DNA of 57,631 nucleotides from Candidatus Kaiserbacteria bacterium (GCA_011322135.1 DRNP01000043.1:1-57631), one strand, 5' to 3'. Positions 37,748 to 46,883 are shown, numbered from the stretch's first letter. Numbers and translations: made by a program. Notes: generated by a model from the letters alone, not told the origin.

Positions 37748-38404
37748 TTAGTTCTTAGATATTTGCAGTGTCTGTAAAAGTGTTCGCATGGCAGAGATGT
37801 CACTTGCATTTACTTCACCCGACTCTTTTATATCAAAACGCAATACGTCATTTTTCCGCAATAAAAAGTACGCCACGTGCATATATTTTTTTGAACTACC
37901 AATTGTAATCTCCTCGAACGTGTTCGCACCGATAGTCACTTTTTTAAAATCATTCATACTTTGCGGTGAAAGACCTGTTGAATCAAACACTGTTTCTCCC
38001 AGCATGATATCTTTTGCCGTATTTTTTTCAGAAAGTGGGTACACTCGTAACGTGATGTTTTGTGTGCTACTATCCTCTTTTGCTAAAGTTGCCTCATATA
38101 CAATTCCCGCACTCTCATTTTTCGGCGAGCTTGTGGCAATTGACTTAAAACCTTTTGGAAGAACAAATGAAACTCCGATATCCTTAAGTTCAGTATTCAT
38201 AACAGGACATGTGGAAAATCTACAAGAAGAACCGGTACGTCCAACGAAGGTACCGTCCGGACACTTTTTTACTTCAAGTGTACATGCGGTAGATTTGGGG
38301 ACATTGAGAATCGGTTGCTCCATCGCATTGCGATACAAAAAACCTGCAATACCAAGAATAAAAATAAGTATGATTCCCGTAAAAAGTTCTTTAAAGTTAA
38401 ACAT
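37748..38404 (-). CDS. Membrane-anchored/secreted hypothetical protein
   Basis: N-terminal TM FTGIILIFILGIAGFLY, Cys pairs in the ectodomain. Preferred over the antisense ORF 37788..38411. Confidence 0.55.
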   Translation of the reverse strand: MFNFKELFTGIILIFILGIAGFLYRNAMEQPILNVPKSTACTLEVKKCPDGTFVGRTGSSCRFSTCPVMNTELKDIGVSFVLPKGFKSIATSSPKNESAGIVYEATLAKEDSSTQNITLRVYPLSEKNTAKDIMLGETVFDSTGLSPQSMNDFKKVTIGANTFEEITIGSSKKYMHVAYFLLRKNDVLRFDIKESGEVNASDISAMRTLLQTLQISKN

Positions 38405-38581
38405 TGCCTAAAAATTATATATTTATTATAACAGGCAATCCACTATAGATGCAGTACCTACAAAAACCCGCTCACCACACTCACACAAGATATATTCCTG
38501 CATAAAATGCGCGTGCTAAAATATTATTCTTTTAGCTGATTAAATTTCTAAAAAGAGAACAATTCTGTTTTTGTATATTTC

Positions 38582-38845
38582 TTATTCTTCAATTGTTTGC
38601 GGAACCGAACTCATCTTATTGTATATCCACGCAATAACAAATCCTGCAAAAAATCCGTCCGCAAAAGCCCATACAGCACCAATAAGCGCGCCGATAATTG
38701 ATGCAGAGAATCCTATATAAAGCGAAGAGAGTGAGATAACAAGCAATGTTCCCCATCCAAACATCGCGGATATACCGATAAACAAAACATAGAATGCCCA
38801 AAGTGCTCCGATAGCAACTCCCAGAGAAATTGGTTTACAAGTCAT
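38582..38845 (-). CDS. Small Gly/Ala-rich integral membrane protein
   Basis: 87 aa, three hydrophobic segments (GVAIGALWAFYVLFIG, LLVISLSSLYIGF, GFFAGFVIAWIY). Confidence 0.5.
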   Translation of the reverse strand: MTCKPISLGVAIGALWAFYVLFIGISAMFGWGTLLVISLSSLYIGFSASIIGALIGAVWAFADGFFAGFVIAWIYNKMSSVPQTIEE

Positions 38846-38940
38846 AATTTTATATAAATGATTATTTTAATATTATATCAGCAATTCTGTTGCAAAAATC
38901 CATTGTACACACGAAACACGCACTGCTAGTTTTATTTTTG

Positions 38941-39014
38941 GGCGACCTATGGGACTCGAACCCATAACCGCTGGTACCACAAACCAGAGCTCTACCAATT
39001 GAGCTAAGACCGCC
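38941..39014 (-). tRNA. tRNA-His (GTG) with encoded G-1
   Basis: Reverse complement: g-gcggtct-ta-gctcaattggtagagc...ctggt-ttGTGgt-accag...gggttcgagtccc...aggtcgc-c. Cloverleaf checked by hand; G-1 pairs with C73. Confidence 0.9.
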
Positions 39015-39062
39015 ATGCGTACATTGCACGCACACTGTTTATAACACAGAAAACCAAAAGTA

Positions 39063-39653
39063 TTAATATTCCGGCACTTCTTCTTTCACTTCACTCGCGT
39101 GGTTTGCAAGACGTGCGAGCGCATAAAGGAGTGATGAAAGACGATTCAAATACACAAGGGATGCTTCTCGTTGCTCTTTTACGGGAACCGTCACTTCCCC
39201 GTATTGTGTTTTAACACCGTCGCGCTCAAAACAAAAAGCTACCTCTCGCCTTTCCGCCCGTCTTGCAATTGCACGCGCCATATCAAAAAGTGCAGACCGC
39301 TCCGTACTACCCGGAATAAAAAAAGAATGTATCGGTGGTAATATTTTTTCAATATCTGCAATAATCTTTTCCATCGTATCCACTTTCTCTTGTGTAATAT
39401 GTTTATCCGCACCCGCAATCTCTGCCTGTATCGTAAAAAGATTTTGTTGTATTTCTGTAAGTATCTCGTACACGCTCCGCTCGCCTACCGCAAACGATTT
39501 GTCTTTTCCTATTTTCGATTTACACAAGCCTATGTACGAATTGAGTTCATCTACAGTTCCCAGTGCTTCAGCGAGTTTTTCGCTTTTTGAAAAACGCTGG
39601 TCACAGCCAAACGCACATGTTGTTCCTGAATCTCCTTTACGTGTATAAAGCAT
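39063..39653 (-). CDS. ATP:cob(I)alamin adenosyltransferase, PduO type
   Basis: MLYTRKGDSGTT N-terminus, DELNSYIGL, and a helical bundle typical of the PduO/MMAB family. Confidence 0.85.
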   Translation of the reverse strand: MLYTRKGDSGTTCAFGCDQRFSKSEKLAEALGTVDELNSYIGLCKSKIGKDKSFAVGERSVYEILTEIQQNLFTIQAEIAGADKHITQEKVDTMEKIIADIEKILPPIHSFFIPGSTERSALFDMARAIARRAERREVAFCFERDGVKTQYGEVTVPVKEQREASLVYLNRLSSLLYALARLANHASEVKEEVPEY

Positions 39654-39658
39654 GTTTT

Positions 39659-40684
39659 TTATAATACACTTTTTTCCTCCGACGAACCCGACCCTACATC
39701 TCCAAGCTCATACACAAGAACATGCTTCGACGAAAGATATGCAAAGAAAATAAGCATCACGCCAATACTTGCAACAAACCATTCAGGCAATGGTGTCAGA
39801 AGAGCAACAAACATACATATCGCTAGAGCGAATATCGCCCAGTGAGCTCCGTTTTCGAGATAAAGCATTCTTTTTAAAGTCCCTCCGCGCACCAGCATTA
39901 ACGTTAGCGTGCGAACAAAATATGCTCCTATTCCCAATCCTGCAACTATCACAGGTACTGAAGTTGTGATGGCAAAAGCCCCGACGACACTATCCAGAGA
40001 AAACGCCATATCAAGCACACTTAAGTACAAGAAAAAAGCCACACCGGAGTGTACGACATTTTTTGCTTCTACACCAAGCGCTCTGGTAACACCTTCCATC
40101 GCAATAAACAGAACCGTCCCGAACAAACCACTCTCCAAAATAATCTCTGACTGGTGTTTTGAAAGTATCGCAACCAAAAGAAGTACTGAAAGCGCCAAGG
40201 CAATATTTATTGCTTCAAGCTGTCCCCAGCTCGCAAACTTTCGTTCTATTATTGTGAACCAATGCACGTCTTTCTTTTCATTAAAGAAATATCGGAGCGC
40301 TATAAGCAAAAGAAATGTTCCCCCAAACGCTTTTATTGCAGGCTCTGCTGCAGCTATTAACACTGCATATTTTGCAGGCTCTGTAAAAATGAGCACCGCT
40401 ACTGTGGATGGCGAAAGTGCCAAAACCACACTCACGATAAGCACCGGCAAAACAAAACGAACAATTCCTACAGACACCAAAACTCCCCATGTAAGAAAAA
40501 ACTGTTGCCAGCGCAATGGCATCTTTTCCAAAATCCTGGCATTGATAACAGCGTTATCAAATGAAAACGTTATTTCCAATACGGCGAGAGCAAGTGTGAT
40601 GAGAAAAGCCGGAAGACCTCCCCACACATACATTATTGAAAGCACAACCACTGATATGAGCACGGGAGTAAAAAGTAACTTCAT
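39659..40684 (-). CDS. DUF475/TerC-like integral membrane protein
   Basis: LEITFSFDNAVINARIL and a second FSLDSVVGAF repeat; about 9 TM segments. Confidence 0.7.
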   Translation of the reverse strand: MKLLFTPVLISVVVLSIMYVWGGLPAFLITLALAVLEITFSFDNAVINARILEKMPLRWQQFFLTWGVLVSVGIVRFVLPVLIVSVVLALSPSTVAVLIFTEPAKYAVLIAAAEPAIKAFGGTFLLLIALRYFFNEKKDVHWFTIIERKFASWGQLEAINIALALSVLLLVAILSKHQSEIILESGLFGTVLFIAMEGVTRALGVEAKNVVHSGVAFFLYLSVLDMAFSLDSVVGAFAITTSVPVIVAGLGIGAYFVRTLTLMLVRGGTLKRMLYLENGAHWAIFALAICMFVALLTPLPEWFVASIGVMLIFFAYLSSKHVLVYELGDVGSGSSEEKSVL

Positions 40685-40783
40685 TGAAAATTGAAAAAAT
40701 TAAAGATACGCCAATATGTTTATAAAGTATAGCAAACAAAAAACGTGGCGAGCCGACGGCTCGCCACGTTTTTTGTTTTTTTG

Positions 40784-40865
40784 TGCCCAGGAGAGGACTC
40801 GAACCTCCAAGCCTTGCGGCATATGCACCTCAAGCATACGCGTATACCAATTCCGCCACCTGGGC
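40784..40865 (-). tRNA. tRNA-Leu (GAG), type II long variable arm
   Basis: Reverse complement: gcccagg...tatgc-ttGAGgt-gcata-tgccgcaaggct-tggaggttcgagtcctct-cctgggc-a. Confidence 0.9.
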
Positions 40866-40927
40866 AGGTGTATCGCTACTATACCGAGAACTCGGCTTTT
40901 TTACAAACAAAAGCAATATGAGCTCCC

Positions 40928-41506
40928 CTATTCAGAAACTTTTTCTTCTTTGCTTTCCGAATCTTTTACTGTCTCTTTTTTGTCTGATGTTTCCGGATTT
41001 TCTTTTTCCGAATCTTTTACTGTCTCTTCAGAAGTTTTTTCCGATACTTCTTCCGAAACAGATTCTTCATTTGCGTTTGTATCGGAATCAGATTCTTCTG
41101 CTTTTTCTTGCGTTTCTTTTTCAGCAAAGTCATCGGTGGAGATATTCATTATGCGTGCATTGCGAAGCTGGCGACGCACAGCCTTTGCAGCTTTCTCACG
41201 AATAAAGTATAGCTTTGATCTGCGTACTTTCGAGCGCTTTACAATCTCAATTTTCTCAATGAGAGGTGTATACAGTGGAAATGTCTTTTCCACACCGATA
41301 CCTGAAAGAGTTGTACGTACTGTAAAAGTACCGCCTGCTTCAGATCCGTGCTTCACAGAGATAACGAGACCTTCAAAAATCTGAATTCGTGTTTTTCCAC
41401 GCTCAATAACTTTTTGATGAACTTTTACTGTGTCACCGGACTTTATACCGAGCTTGCTACGCTCCTCGCTTTTAACGGGAGAAATAATAGTATTCATGAG
41501 TGGCAC
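40928..41506 (-). CDS. rplS: 50S ribosomal protein L19 with acidic C-terminal extension
   Basis: GDTVKVHQKVIERGKTRIQIFEGLVISVKHGSEAGGTFTVR. About 70 aa Glu/Ser/Asp-rich tail. Confidence 0.9.
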   Translation of the reverse strand: MPLMNTIISPVKSEERSKLGIKSGDTVKVHQKVIERGKTRIQIFEGLVISVKHGSEAGGTFTVRTTLSGIGVEKTFPLYTPLIEKIEIVKRSKVRRSKLYFIREKAAKAVRRQLRNARIMNISTDDFAEKETQEKAEESDSDTNANEESVSEEVSEKTSEETVKDSEKENPETSDKKETVKDSESKEEKVSE

Positions 41507-41564
41507 AGTATCATATTAAAGGACAAACGCAAGCGTTTACACTAAAATACCTCTCTGAAAATAC

Positions 41565-42314
41565 CTATTTTATATGTATTTCTTTCTGTAAAAAGTCTGT
41601 ATTTTTAAAACGAGCGATGGCTATTTTAAATTCGTCCGGAATAGAAGCGATGAACACTTTACGGTCTCCGGAAATAAAAGGTACGTCCAGCATCCAAGCA
41701 TGAAGTCCGAGCCTGTTGAAACCCATGTCACACGCGTGGTTTGGAGCGTATAAGGAGTCACACACCACGGGGTGATGAATTGCTTTAAAATGTGTACGAA
41801 TTTGATGTGTTCGCCCGGTTTCCGGCATTGCTTTTACAAGAGCATGCGAACCTATTTCGCTAACAACTTCATACCGAGTCAGTGCTTCTCTCAGACGTCC
41901 TTTTGCTTTGGGTTGCGCACTTCTTAAACGAAAATCTTTTCTGGAGCGTCCTATTGGAAAACTGATTTTCCCGACTGCAGGTTTTGGCACACCATAAACA
42001 AAAGCAAGGTACGTTTTTTTTACATTATGGTTTTTAAATGCATTTTTTAGAAAATCATATGCATGCTTACTTTTTGCAAGAACAAGAGCTCCTGAAGTGC
42101 CTACGTCTAGGCGATGCACGATTCCCGGTCGCATAATAGTTTTTCCTGTGCGAAGCGTCATGGATTCGCCAACGTCTACAGCTTGTGGATATTTCTTTGC
42201 AAACCAATCTGAAACAGTTTCGCTTTCGTTATGACCATCCGGGTGTGTCATAATTCCGGACGGTTTATTTATAACAACAATATCTTCATCTTCGTATAAG
42301 ATTTCCAAATCCAT
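41565..42314 (-). CDS. RluA-family pseudouridine synthase (no S4 domain)
   Basis: HRLDVGTSGALVLAK catalytic Asp motif; KTYLAFV; HQIRTHF. Confidence 0.85.
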   Translation of the reverse strand: MDLEILYEDEDIVVINKPSGIMTHPDGHNESETVSDWFAKKYPQAVDVGESMTLRTGKTIMRPGIVHRLDVGTSGALVLAKSKHAYDFLKNAFKNHNVKKTYLAFVYGVPKPAVGKISFPIGRSRKDFRLRSAQPKAKGRLREALTRYEVVSEIGSHALVKAMPETGRTHQIRTHFKAIHHPVVCDSLYAPNHACDMGFNRLGLHAWMLDVPFISGDRKVFIASIPDEFKIAIARFKNTDFLQKEIHIK

Positions 42315-42322
42315 AATAATTT

Positions 42323-42399
42323 TGGTGGGCGCTGGAGGATTCGAACCCCCGACCTACCCGGTGTAAACGGGTTGCTCTGACCAACTGAGCTAAGCGCCC
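42323..42399 (-). tRNA. tRNA-Val (TAC), CCA encoded
   Basis: Reverse complement: gggcgct-ta-gctcagttggtcagagc-a-acccg-ttTACac-cgggt-aggtc-gggggttcgaatcctcc-agcgccc-acca. Confidence 0.9.
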
Positions 42400-42456
42400 T
42401 TCTTCAATATTTAGGCAATGGTCGCAAACTACTTTGCGCTTCCTGCATTGCCTTTG

Positions 42457-42538
42457 TGGGCATGAGAGGACTCGAACCTCCAAGCCTTGCGGCATACGCA
42501 CCTGAAGCGTACGTGTATACCAATTCCACCACATGCCC
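42457..42538 (-). tRNA. tRNA-Leu (CAG), type II
   Basis: Reverse complement: gggcatg...tacgc-ttCAGgt-gcgta-tgccgcaaggct-tggaggttcgagtcctct-catgccc-a. Close paralog of the Leu-GAG gene. Confidence 0.9.
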
Positions 42539-42735
42539 GTGAGCATACTGTGCCACACTTATGAGTTTTTTTCTACTATTTCAATGTGCAGATATATCAA
42601 AATGCTTTTTAGATTTGCACATAACATTATATGATATTAGCTTTACAAACGTGATATTGTTTAAATATCGGAAATATGTATTTTCGATATTAGTGGAATA
42701 GTCCACTAAAAAGTTCTTTCATATGGAGGTGCATC

Positions 42736-42993
42736 ATGAAAAAAATTTTTATATTATTTTTCTGTGCAGTTGTTGTTGTTGCTTTTGTAACAGCAACGAC
42801 GCATCAAGCTCAAATAATATGTCTGTCTGGCGGGTTTCTTGGAATCCTAATCGGTAACAGATACGCGGTCGTCTTAAAGCGATTACGTCGCAGGGAAAAG
42901 CTCCGTTTAAAGTTGTTTTATTACACGGCTTTTTGGAGTCTAACGGGCTTTTTGCTGATATCAAAAGCACTTTCTGCAATGGCACACCCGTAA
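42736..42993 (+). CDS. Small membrane protein (hypothetical)
   Basis: Strong SD ggaggtg 6 nt upstream of the ATG. Signal/TM FILFFCAVVVVAFV plus two further hydrophobic segments. Followed by a terminator. Confidence 0.45.
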   Translation: MKKIFILFFCAVVVVAFVTATTHQAQIICLSGGFLGILIGNRYAVVLKRLRRREKLRLKLFYYTAFWSLTGFLLISKALSAMAHP

Positions 42994-43024
42994 TCCTGGA
43001 AAAATTTCTACCTCTAAAAACTTG

Positions 43025-43063
43025 AAGACCTCTGATGTTTAATTAAACAGAGGTCTTGTTTTT
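43025..43063 (+). terminator. Intrinsic terminator
   Basis: aagacctctg-atgtttaattaaa-cagaggtctt followed by gttttt. Confidence 0.6.
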
Positions 43064-43171
43064 GCAAAATCAATATGCTTGCACACTTAAATTAAGTACC
43101 GTGAATATTCATATTCAATAAATACTCTAAACATTGAACGCTCACGATTTTTATAAAAAAGATTATCTCAC

Positions 43172-43201
43172 ATGCACGGCGCGGGCGCCCGCGCCGTGCA
43201 T
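43172..43201. repeat. Perfect 30-nt GC-rich palindrome
   Basis: atgcacggcgcgggc|gcccgcgccgtgcat. Embedded in AT-rich intergenic DNA, immediately next to repeat copy A. Confidence 0.7.
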
Positions 43202-43236
43202 AATGCTCCGCATTGTGCTCGTTATTTTTGGTGCCC
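43202..43236. repeat. 35-nt direct repeat copy A (tRNA-Arg 3' end plus its downstream flank)
   Basis: aatgctccgcattgtgctcgttatttttggtgccc, identical to 43403-43437. The period is 201 bp. Confidence 0.85.
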
Positions 43237-43402
43237 GCATTATTTAGGAATCGGTCACTCTCGCGGGTTTTTCTTTCACGCTTTGCGCTCATAAAAACCT
43301 CGCTCCCTCGACCCCCACTCGTCGTCACTTGTTCGCTTCGCTCACAAGGCTTCGCGACGACTCGGTTCGATTCCTACCGGTGCCACAAAAATATACTCAC
43401 CC

Positions 43403-43437
43403 AATGCTCCGCATTGTGCTCGTTATTTTTGGTGCCC
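43403..43437. repeat. 35-nt direct repeat copy B (overlaps the true tRNA-Arg 3' end)
   Basis: Identical to 43202-43236. Confidence 0.85.
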
Positions 43438-43504
43438 CCAGTAGGAATCGAACCCACATCAAGAGCTTAGAAGTCTCCTGTTCTATCCATTGAACTATGG
43501 GGGC
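43430..43504 (-). tRNA. tRNA-Arg (TCT), CCA encoded
   Basis: Reverse complement: gccccca-ta-gttcaatggatagaac-a-ggaga-ctTCTaa-gctct-tgatg-tgggttcgattcctac-tgggggc-acca. One A.G mismatch closes the anticodon stem. Confidence 0.85.
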
Positions 43505-43540
43505 GTTTTTTTATTTAAGCACATTCACTAAAATAATGCT

Positions 43541-43849
43541 CTATATGGAAGGATCTCTAAATACATATCCTCCCGATTCATATTTTTCTTGTTCTACTGC
43601 GCGAGTGTCAAATATTTTTTGAACATTCCTAAGGGCTTGATTATTTATAATGGTTGCCGAAGCTTGTATAGGAGCTATCGGTGTTTTCTCTGTAACAGTA
43701 TTGAAAAAAGTTACAGCTCCCCACGCAATTCCAACAATAAAAGCAATCGCGGCAAACGAAAGTAGCGTGAGCCAGTCACGCGCCGGTCGCAAACGCGAAC
43801 CATATCGAAGTTTCTTTACAAGAGCTGTTAGTGAAAATTGTGTTTTCAT
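43541..43849 (-). CDS. Single-pass membrane protein, last gene of the pilMNO-like operon
   Basis: TM WLTLLSFAAIAFIVGIAWGAV. Start overlaps the upstream stop by 4 nt. Confidence 0.5.
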   Translation of the reverse strand: MKTQFSLTALVKKLRYGSRLRPARDWLTLLSFAAIAFIVGIAWGAVTFFNTVTEKTPIAPIQASATIINNQALRNVQKIFDTRAVEQEKYESGGYVFRDPSI

Positions 43850-44388
43850 GATTTTTTTATTGTACTCGTTCCGGCAACAGAACCAACCTCCATTGTAAAC
43901 ACGGCAGACCAGTATGTTTTTTTCAAAACTGTTGCATGTTCAAGAGTTATTGTTTTAATGATGGCGTAATACGGAACGTTTTCTATTGCTCCCACCGTTC
44001 GCATAACCGCATCAAAGTTCCCTTTTACTTTTACAGACACGGTTAACATTGGTCTTTTACTGTCCGTCTTTGGAGATACAGATGCAACAGAAACTTTAGC
44101 GCCGGAAGCGCGTCCTGCCGTTTCCAGGACGTTCAAAAATGAAACAATATCAGTATCTGCCACAAAATACGATTTTATTGATGACTCTTCTCCGGAAAGA
44201 CCTGAAAGTATCATTTTTTCGGTATCTGCATGTTTTAAAGCTCCGTGCGTATTTTGTATTTCTTGTGAGAGAACGTTAACAGATGCAACAACTTCATTGA
44301 CATGATTGTGCCACCACCAAAATGCTCCAAGTACTACAATCAAGATTGTAAGCATTAAACTGAACAGATTACGTGCTGATTTTTTCAT
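43846..44388 (-). CDS. pilO: PilO-like pilus assembly protein
   Basis: N-terminal TM, a coiled segment, then an alpha/beta domain. Position after pilN with a 4-nt overlap. Confidence 0.55.
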   Translation of the reverse strand: MKKSARNLFSLMLTILIVVLGAFWWWHNHVNEVVASVNVLSQEIQNTHGALKHADTEKMILSGLSGEESSIKSYFVADTDIVSFLNVLETAGRASGAKVSVASVSPKTDSKRPMLTVSVKVKGNFDAVMRTVGAIENVPYYAIIKTITLEHATVLKKTYWSAVFTMEVGSVAGTSTIKKS

Positions 44389-44963
44389 GATTTAAATGCT
44401 CCAATAAGTGTAATTGTAAAAGGGATGCTCGAATCTTTAGCATAAGCATCGATAGGTAGCTTTACATCGCTGATAAAAGAGACTTTTTTCAAAGCGCGCT
44501 GGTATCTTTGCAAAGTGTCTCGCGTCAATGCAGTACCTGTAAGCATCATCTTTCCGTTCTTTTCTGCATCTGGTGCTGAATAAACAATTTGTCTCAAACT
44601 AATTCCATTATGTGGAACACTCAAAACCAAACGAATCGCTGTGCCACTCATAGACACCTTCCCCAGAGTTGATAAAAATACCGCATTTTGCTTTAGCACA
44701 CGCAGTCTGACTTCTGTATCTGTTATGTCTTGCGTAGCAAGTTGCGATTTAAGATTTTTTAAAACTTGTTGTTGATCTTCAGATTTACTTTTTAAAGATA
44801 AATATGTAGGGATCAACACAAGTCCGTATATAAAGACAAGTGTTGCTGTTACTGCAGTTGCTATTGTCGCAAACCGTACAAAGTACGATATGCGTATGGC
44901 GCGCAAGCGTGTCGACGGGAGAAGATTTATATTTTTATTTGTCATAATAGTCACGCAGTGCAA
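44385..44963 (-). CDS. pilN: PilN-like fimbrial assembly protein
   Basis: INLLPSTRL motif followed by a TM (FATIATAVTATLVFIYGLVLIP) and a coiled region. Confidence 0.7.
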   Translation of the reverse strand: MHCVTIMTNKNINLLPSTRLRAIRISYFVRFATIATAVTATLVFIYGLVLIPTYLSLKSKSEDQQQVLKNLKSQLATQDITDTEVRLRVLKQNAVFLSTLGKVSMSGTAIRLVLSVPHNGISLRQIVYSAPDAEKNGKMMLTGTALTRDTLQRYQRALKKVSFISDVKLPIDAYAKDSSIPFTITLIGAFKS

Positions 44964-46047
44964 GTCCTATTGTCGTTGCATATGCAAAAGACTGAGAATA
45001 ATCCACTGTTGGTAGCCATGTATCTCGAGATGCAAGATTTAAAAACACATCCCCCAGCTCGACCGGCAAGTTAAAGGAGCTTGAAAAATATTCAGGGAAT
45101 CCGCGCACAGTTGCATTTCCTCCAACAATCAAAACTCGCGAAATTGTTAGACAATCTTTTTCCGTGCGTGCGCGCGTCTGCCAATAGTCAATACGTCTCT
45201 TTATCTCTTCACGAATAACCGAGGCGGTTGAAAGCATCGCTTCAATATAATCATCATTTCCGCCAGATGAAACAATACCGTGTTCCATTTTTACCTTACG
45301 TGCCTCTTTTTCGTCTACACCAAAATATTTTTGCACAGCTTCTGTTAAGGCGTGTCCTCCTACATCAAGTGTAGTTGCAAAACGTGGAAGTCGGCGCTCT
45401 GTTATGACTATTTTTGTTGTCATTTTCCCGATATCGACAACCATAACTGTTTCGTTTATGTCCGCCGGCAAGATAGCTCTCATACTCGCAAACGTCTCAC
45501 TTTCCAGTGAGCGAGGCTCTATGTTCACATCATCAATAATTCGTAAAACGTTTTCTACAACCTTTCGTGCATATCCGACTCCGACCACCAGCGTCTTGTC
45601 ATCTATTTTATGAAGTGGAGAAATATCAAAAGATACTTCATCAGGCGGAAGTGGCACAAACTCATCTATGTGTTGCTCAACTTCCGTATACCATTCTTCT
45701 TGCGAATCACCTGAAACCAAGGTCTCGAACAAATATGATTTCGACTCCGGCAATGCAATATGTGCTGATTTAATTCCACGTTCTTTTGCCAGTTCACGCA
45801 AATGTTCCGCAACGGGCTCCGGTTCTACAATCTCTCCACTTGCCACAGCACCTTTTGGAAGTTTTTTTTCATCAAACGACGCCACTTCGAGACCGTATCT
45901 GTGCTCTTTCAAAAAAATCGCTTTGATACTGCTTGTCGATATTTCAAGACCTGCCGCAGGTAAAACAAGATAACGCGGAGGTGGAAAATAAATATGTACA
46001 AAACGTGACAGTGCGCTTTTATGCATCACGTACAGTATACAGAGCAT
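44935..46047 (-). CDS. pilM: Type IV pilus assembly protein PilM (actin-like ATPase fold)
   Basis: GLEISTSSIKA, VVDIGKMTTKIVI, VLIVGGNATVRGFPEYF. An alternative start is at 46026. Confidence 0.8.
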   Translation of the reverse strand: MLCILYVMHKSALSRFVHIYFPPPRYLVLPAAGLEISTSSIKAIFLKEHRYGLEVASFDEKKLPKGAVASGEIVEPEPVAEHLRELAKERGIKSAHIALPESKSYLFETLVSGDSQEEWYTEVEQHIDEFVPLPPDEVSFDISPLHKIDDKTLVVGVGYARKVVENVLRIIDDVNIEPRSLESETFASMRAILPADINETVMVVDIGKMTTKIVITERRLPRFATTLDVGGHALTEAVQKYFGVDEKEARKVKMEHGIVSSGGNDDYIEAMLSTASVIREEIKRRIDYWQTRARTEKDCLTISRVLIVGGNATVRGFPEYFSSSFNLPVELGDVFLNLASRDTWLPTVDYSQSFAYATTIGLALRDYYDK

Positions 46048-46100
46048 GTGCGCTCTATAAAAGTTTCAACTGGGTATAGCGATGCGTTAATTACAATATT

Positions 46101-46427
46101 TTAGTGTGCACCTGTTCCGGGTGGTACCGGACGACTTGGTGTCAAAAAAGCAAACGTGTCGTTTTTTCCAACAGCAAAAAGCATGCCGTTTGATTCGACT
46201 CCGCAAATTGTGCGTGGTTCGAGATTTGTAACAAATGCGAGTTGTTTCCCCACAAGCTCATCCGGTGACTCCACGTATTCCACAACACCGGACACAATTT
46301 GACGCGGTTCTTCCTCGCCAAAATCGACCATCAACCGAATAAGTTTATCTGTATTCTCTACTCGTTCCGCGCTCTGTACAGAACCGATACGCACTTCTAT
46401 TTTTTCTAAATCGTCAATTGTTGCCAT
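46101..46427 (-). CDS. Stand-alone tRNA-binding domain protein (Trbp111/CsaA-like)
   Basis: IEVRIGSVQSAERVENTDKLIRLMVDFGEE-PRQIVSGV...LAFVTNLEPRTICGVESNGML. Confidence 0.8.
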   Translation of the reverse strand: MATIDDLEKIEVRIGSVQSAERVENTDKLIRLMVDFGEEEPRQIVSGVVEYVESPDELVGKQLAFVTNLEPRTICGVESNGMLFAVGKNDTFAFLTPSRPVPPGTGAH

Positions 46428-46812
46428 TTTTTGAAAGATAACTTGTAAGTATTAAAGCGGCGGCGGCGGCGTCTACGACGCCGCCGGACACACGCTCACC
46501 CGTTGGTAAACGTCTGGCTTCTTGGGTTGTAAATATTTCCGTCTCGAAAAAAATCGGGACATTCGCGCGCGAGCGAAGCTCGCGCGCGAATGTTCGAGCT
46601 TCCGTGGCTATCGGATTATCGGTTCCATCAAAATTTTTAGACTCTCCGATGACAACCGCTCCGACTTTTTCTTCACCAATAAGTTTCGACAATCTCTCTG
46701 CGAGATTCTTGTCTGTAAAAATAACACCTCTCGGGAAACCCATTGTGCCGGCATCGTCTGAAAAAGCGATACCTGTTTTTTTGCTTCCATAATCTATACC
46801 AAGATAACGCAT
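46414..46812 (-). CDS. ruvX: Holliday junction resolvase-like RuvX/YqgF
   Basis: MRYLGIDYGSKKTGIAFSD, VVIGESKNFDGT, DAAAAALIL. Confidence 0.85.
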   Translation of the reverse strand: MRYLGIDYGSKKTGIAFSDDAGTMGFPRGVIFTDKNLAERLSKLIGEEKVGAVVIGESKNFDGTDNPIATEARTFARELRSRANVPIFFETEIFTTQEARRLPTGERVSGGVVDAAAAALILTSYLSKNGNN

Positions 46813-46883
46813 GCTTTTATCCTACCAGAATGCGCACGGTCGTGCTTCGCGCGACCATACGCACATGATATACTTTCATACAT

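Noticed and set aside
37788-38411. 207-aa plus-strand ORF fully overlapping the 218-aa minus-strand ORF.
   Set aside because: The minus-strand product has a clean N-terminal TM anchor and fits the minus-strand gene string. The plus-strand product has no start context and shows antisense-like composition.
40716-41384. Plus-strand ORFs 40716..41384 and 40783..41205.
   Set aside because: They run through the tRNA-Leu(GAG) gene and are antisense to rplS. The Ser/Phe-rich product mirrors the acidic L19 tail.
42286-42558. 90-aa minus-strand ORF.
   Set aside because: It is composed of read-through across the tRNA-Val and tRNA-Leu(CAG) genes.
43092-43470. ORFs 43092..43328 (-) and 43213..43470 (+).
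   Set aside because: They lie in the tRNA-Arg repeat/palindrome region, have no RBS, and the sequence is better explained as repeat and tRNA-fragment DNA.
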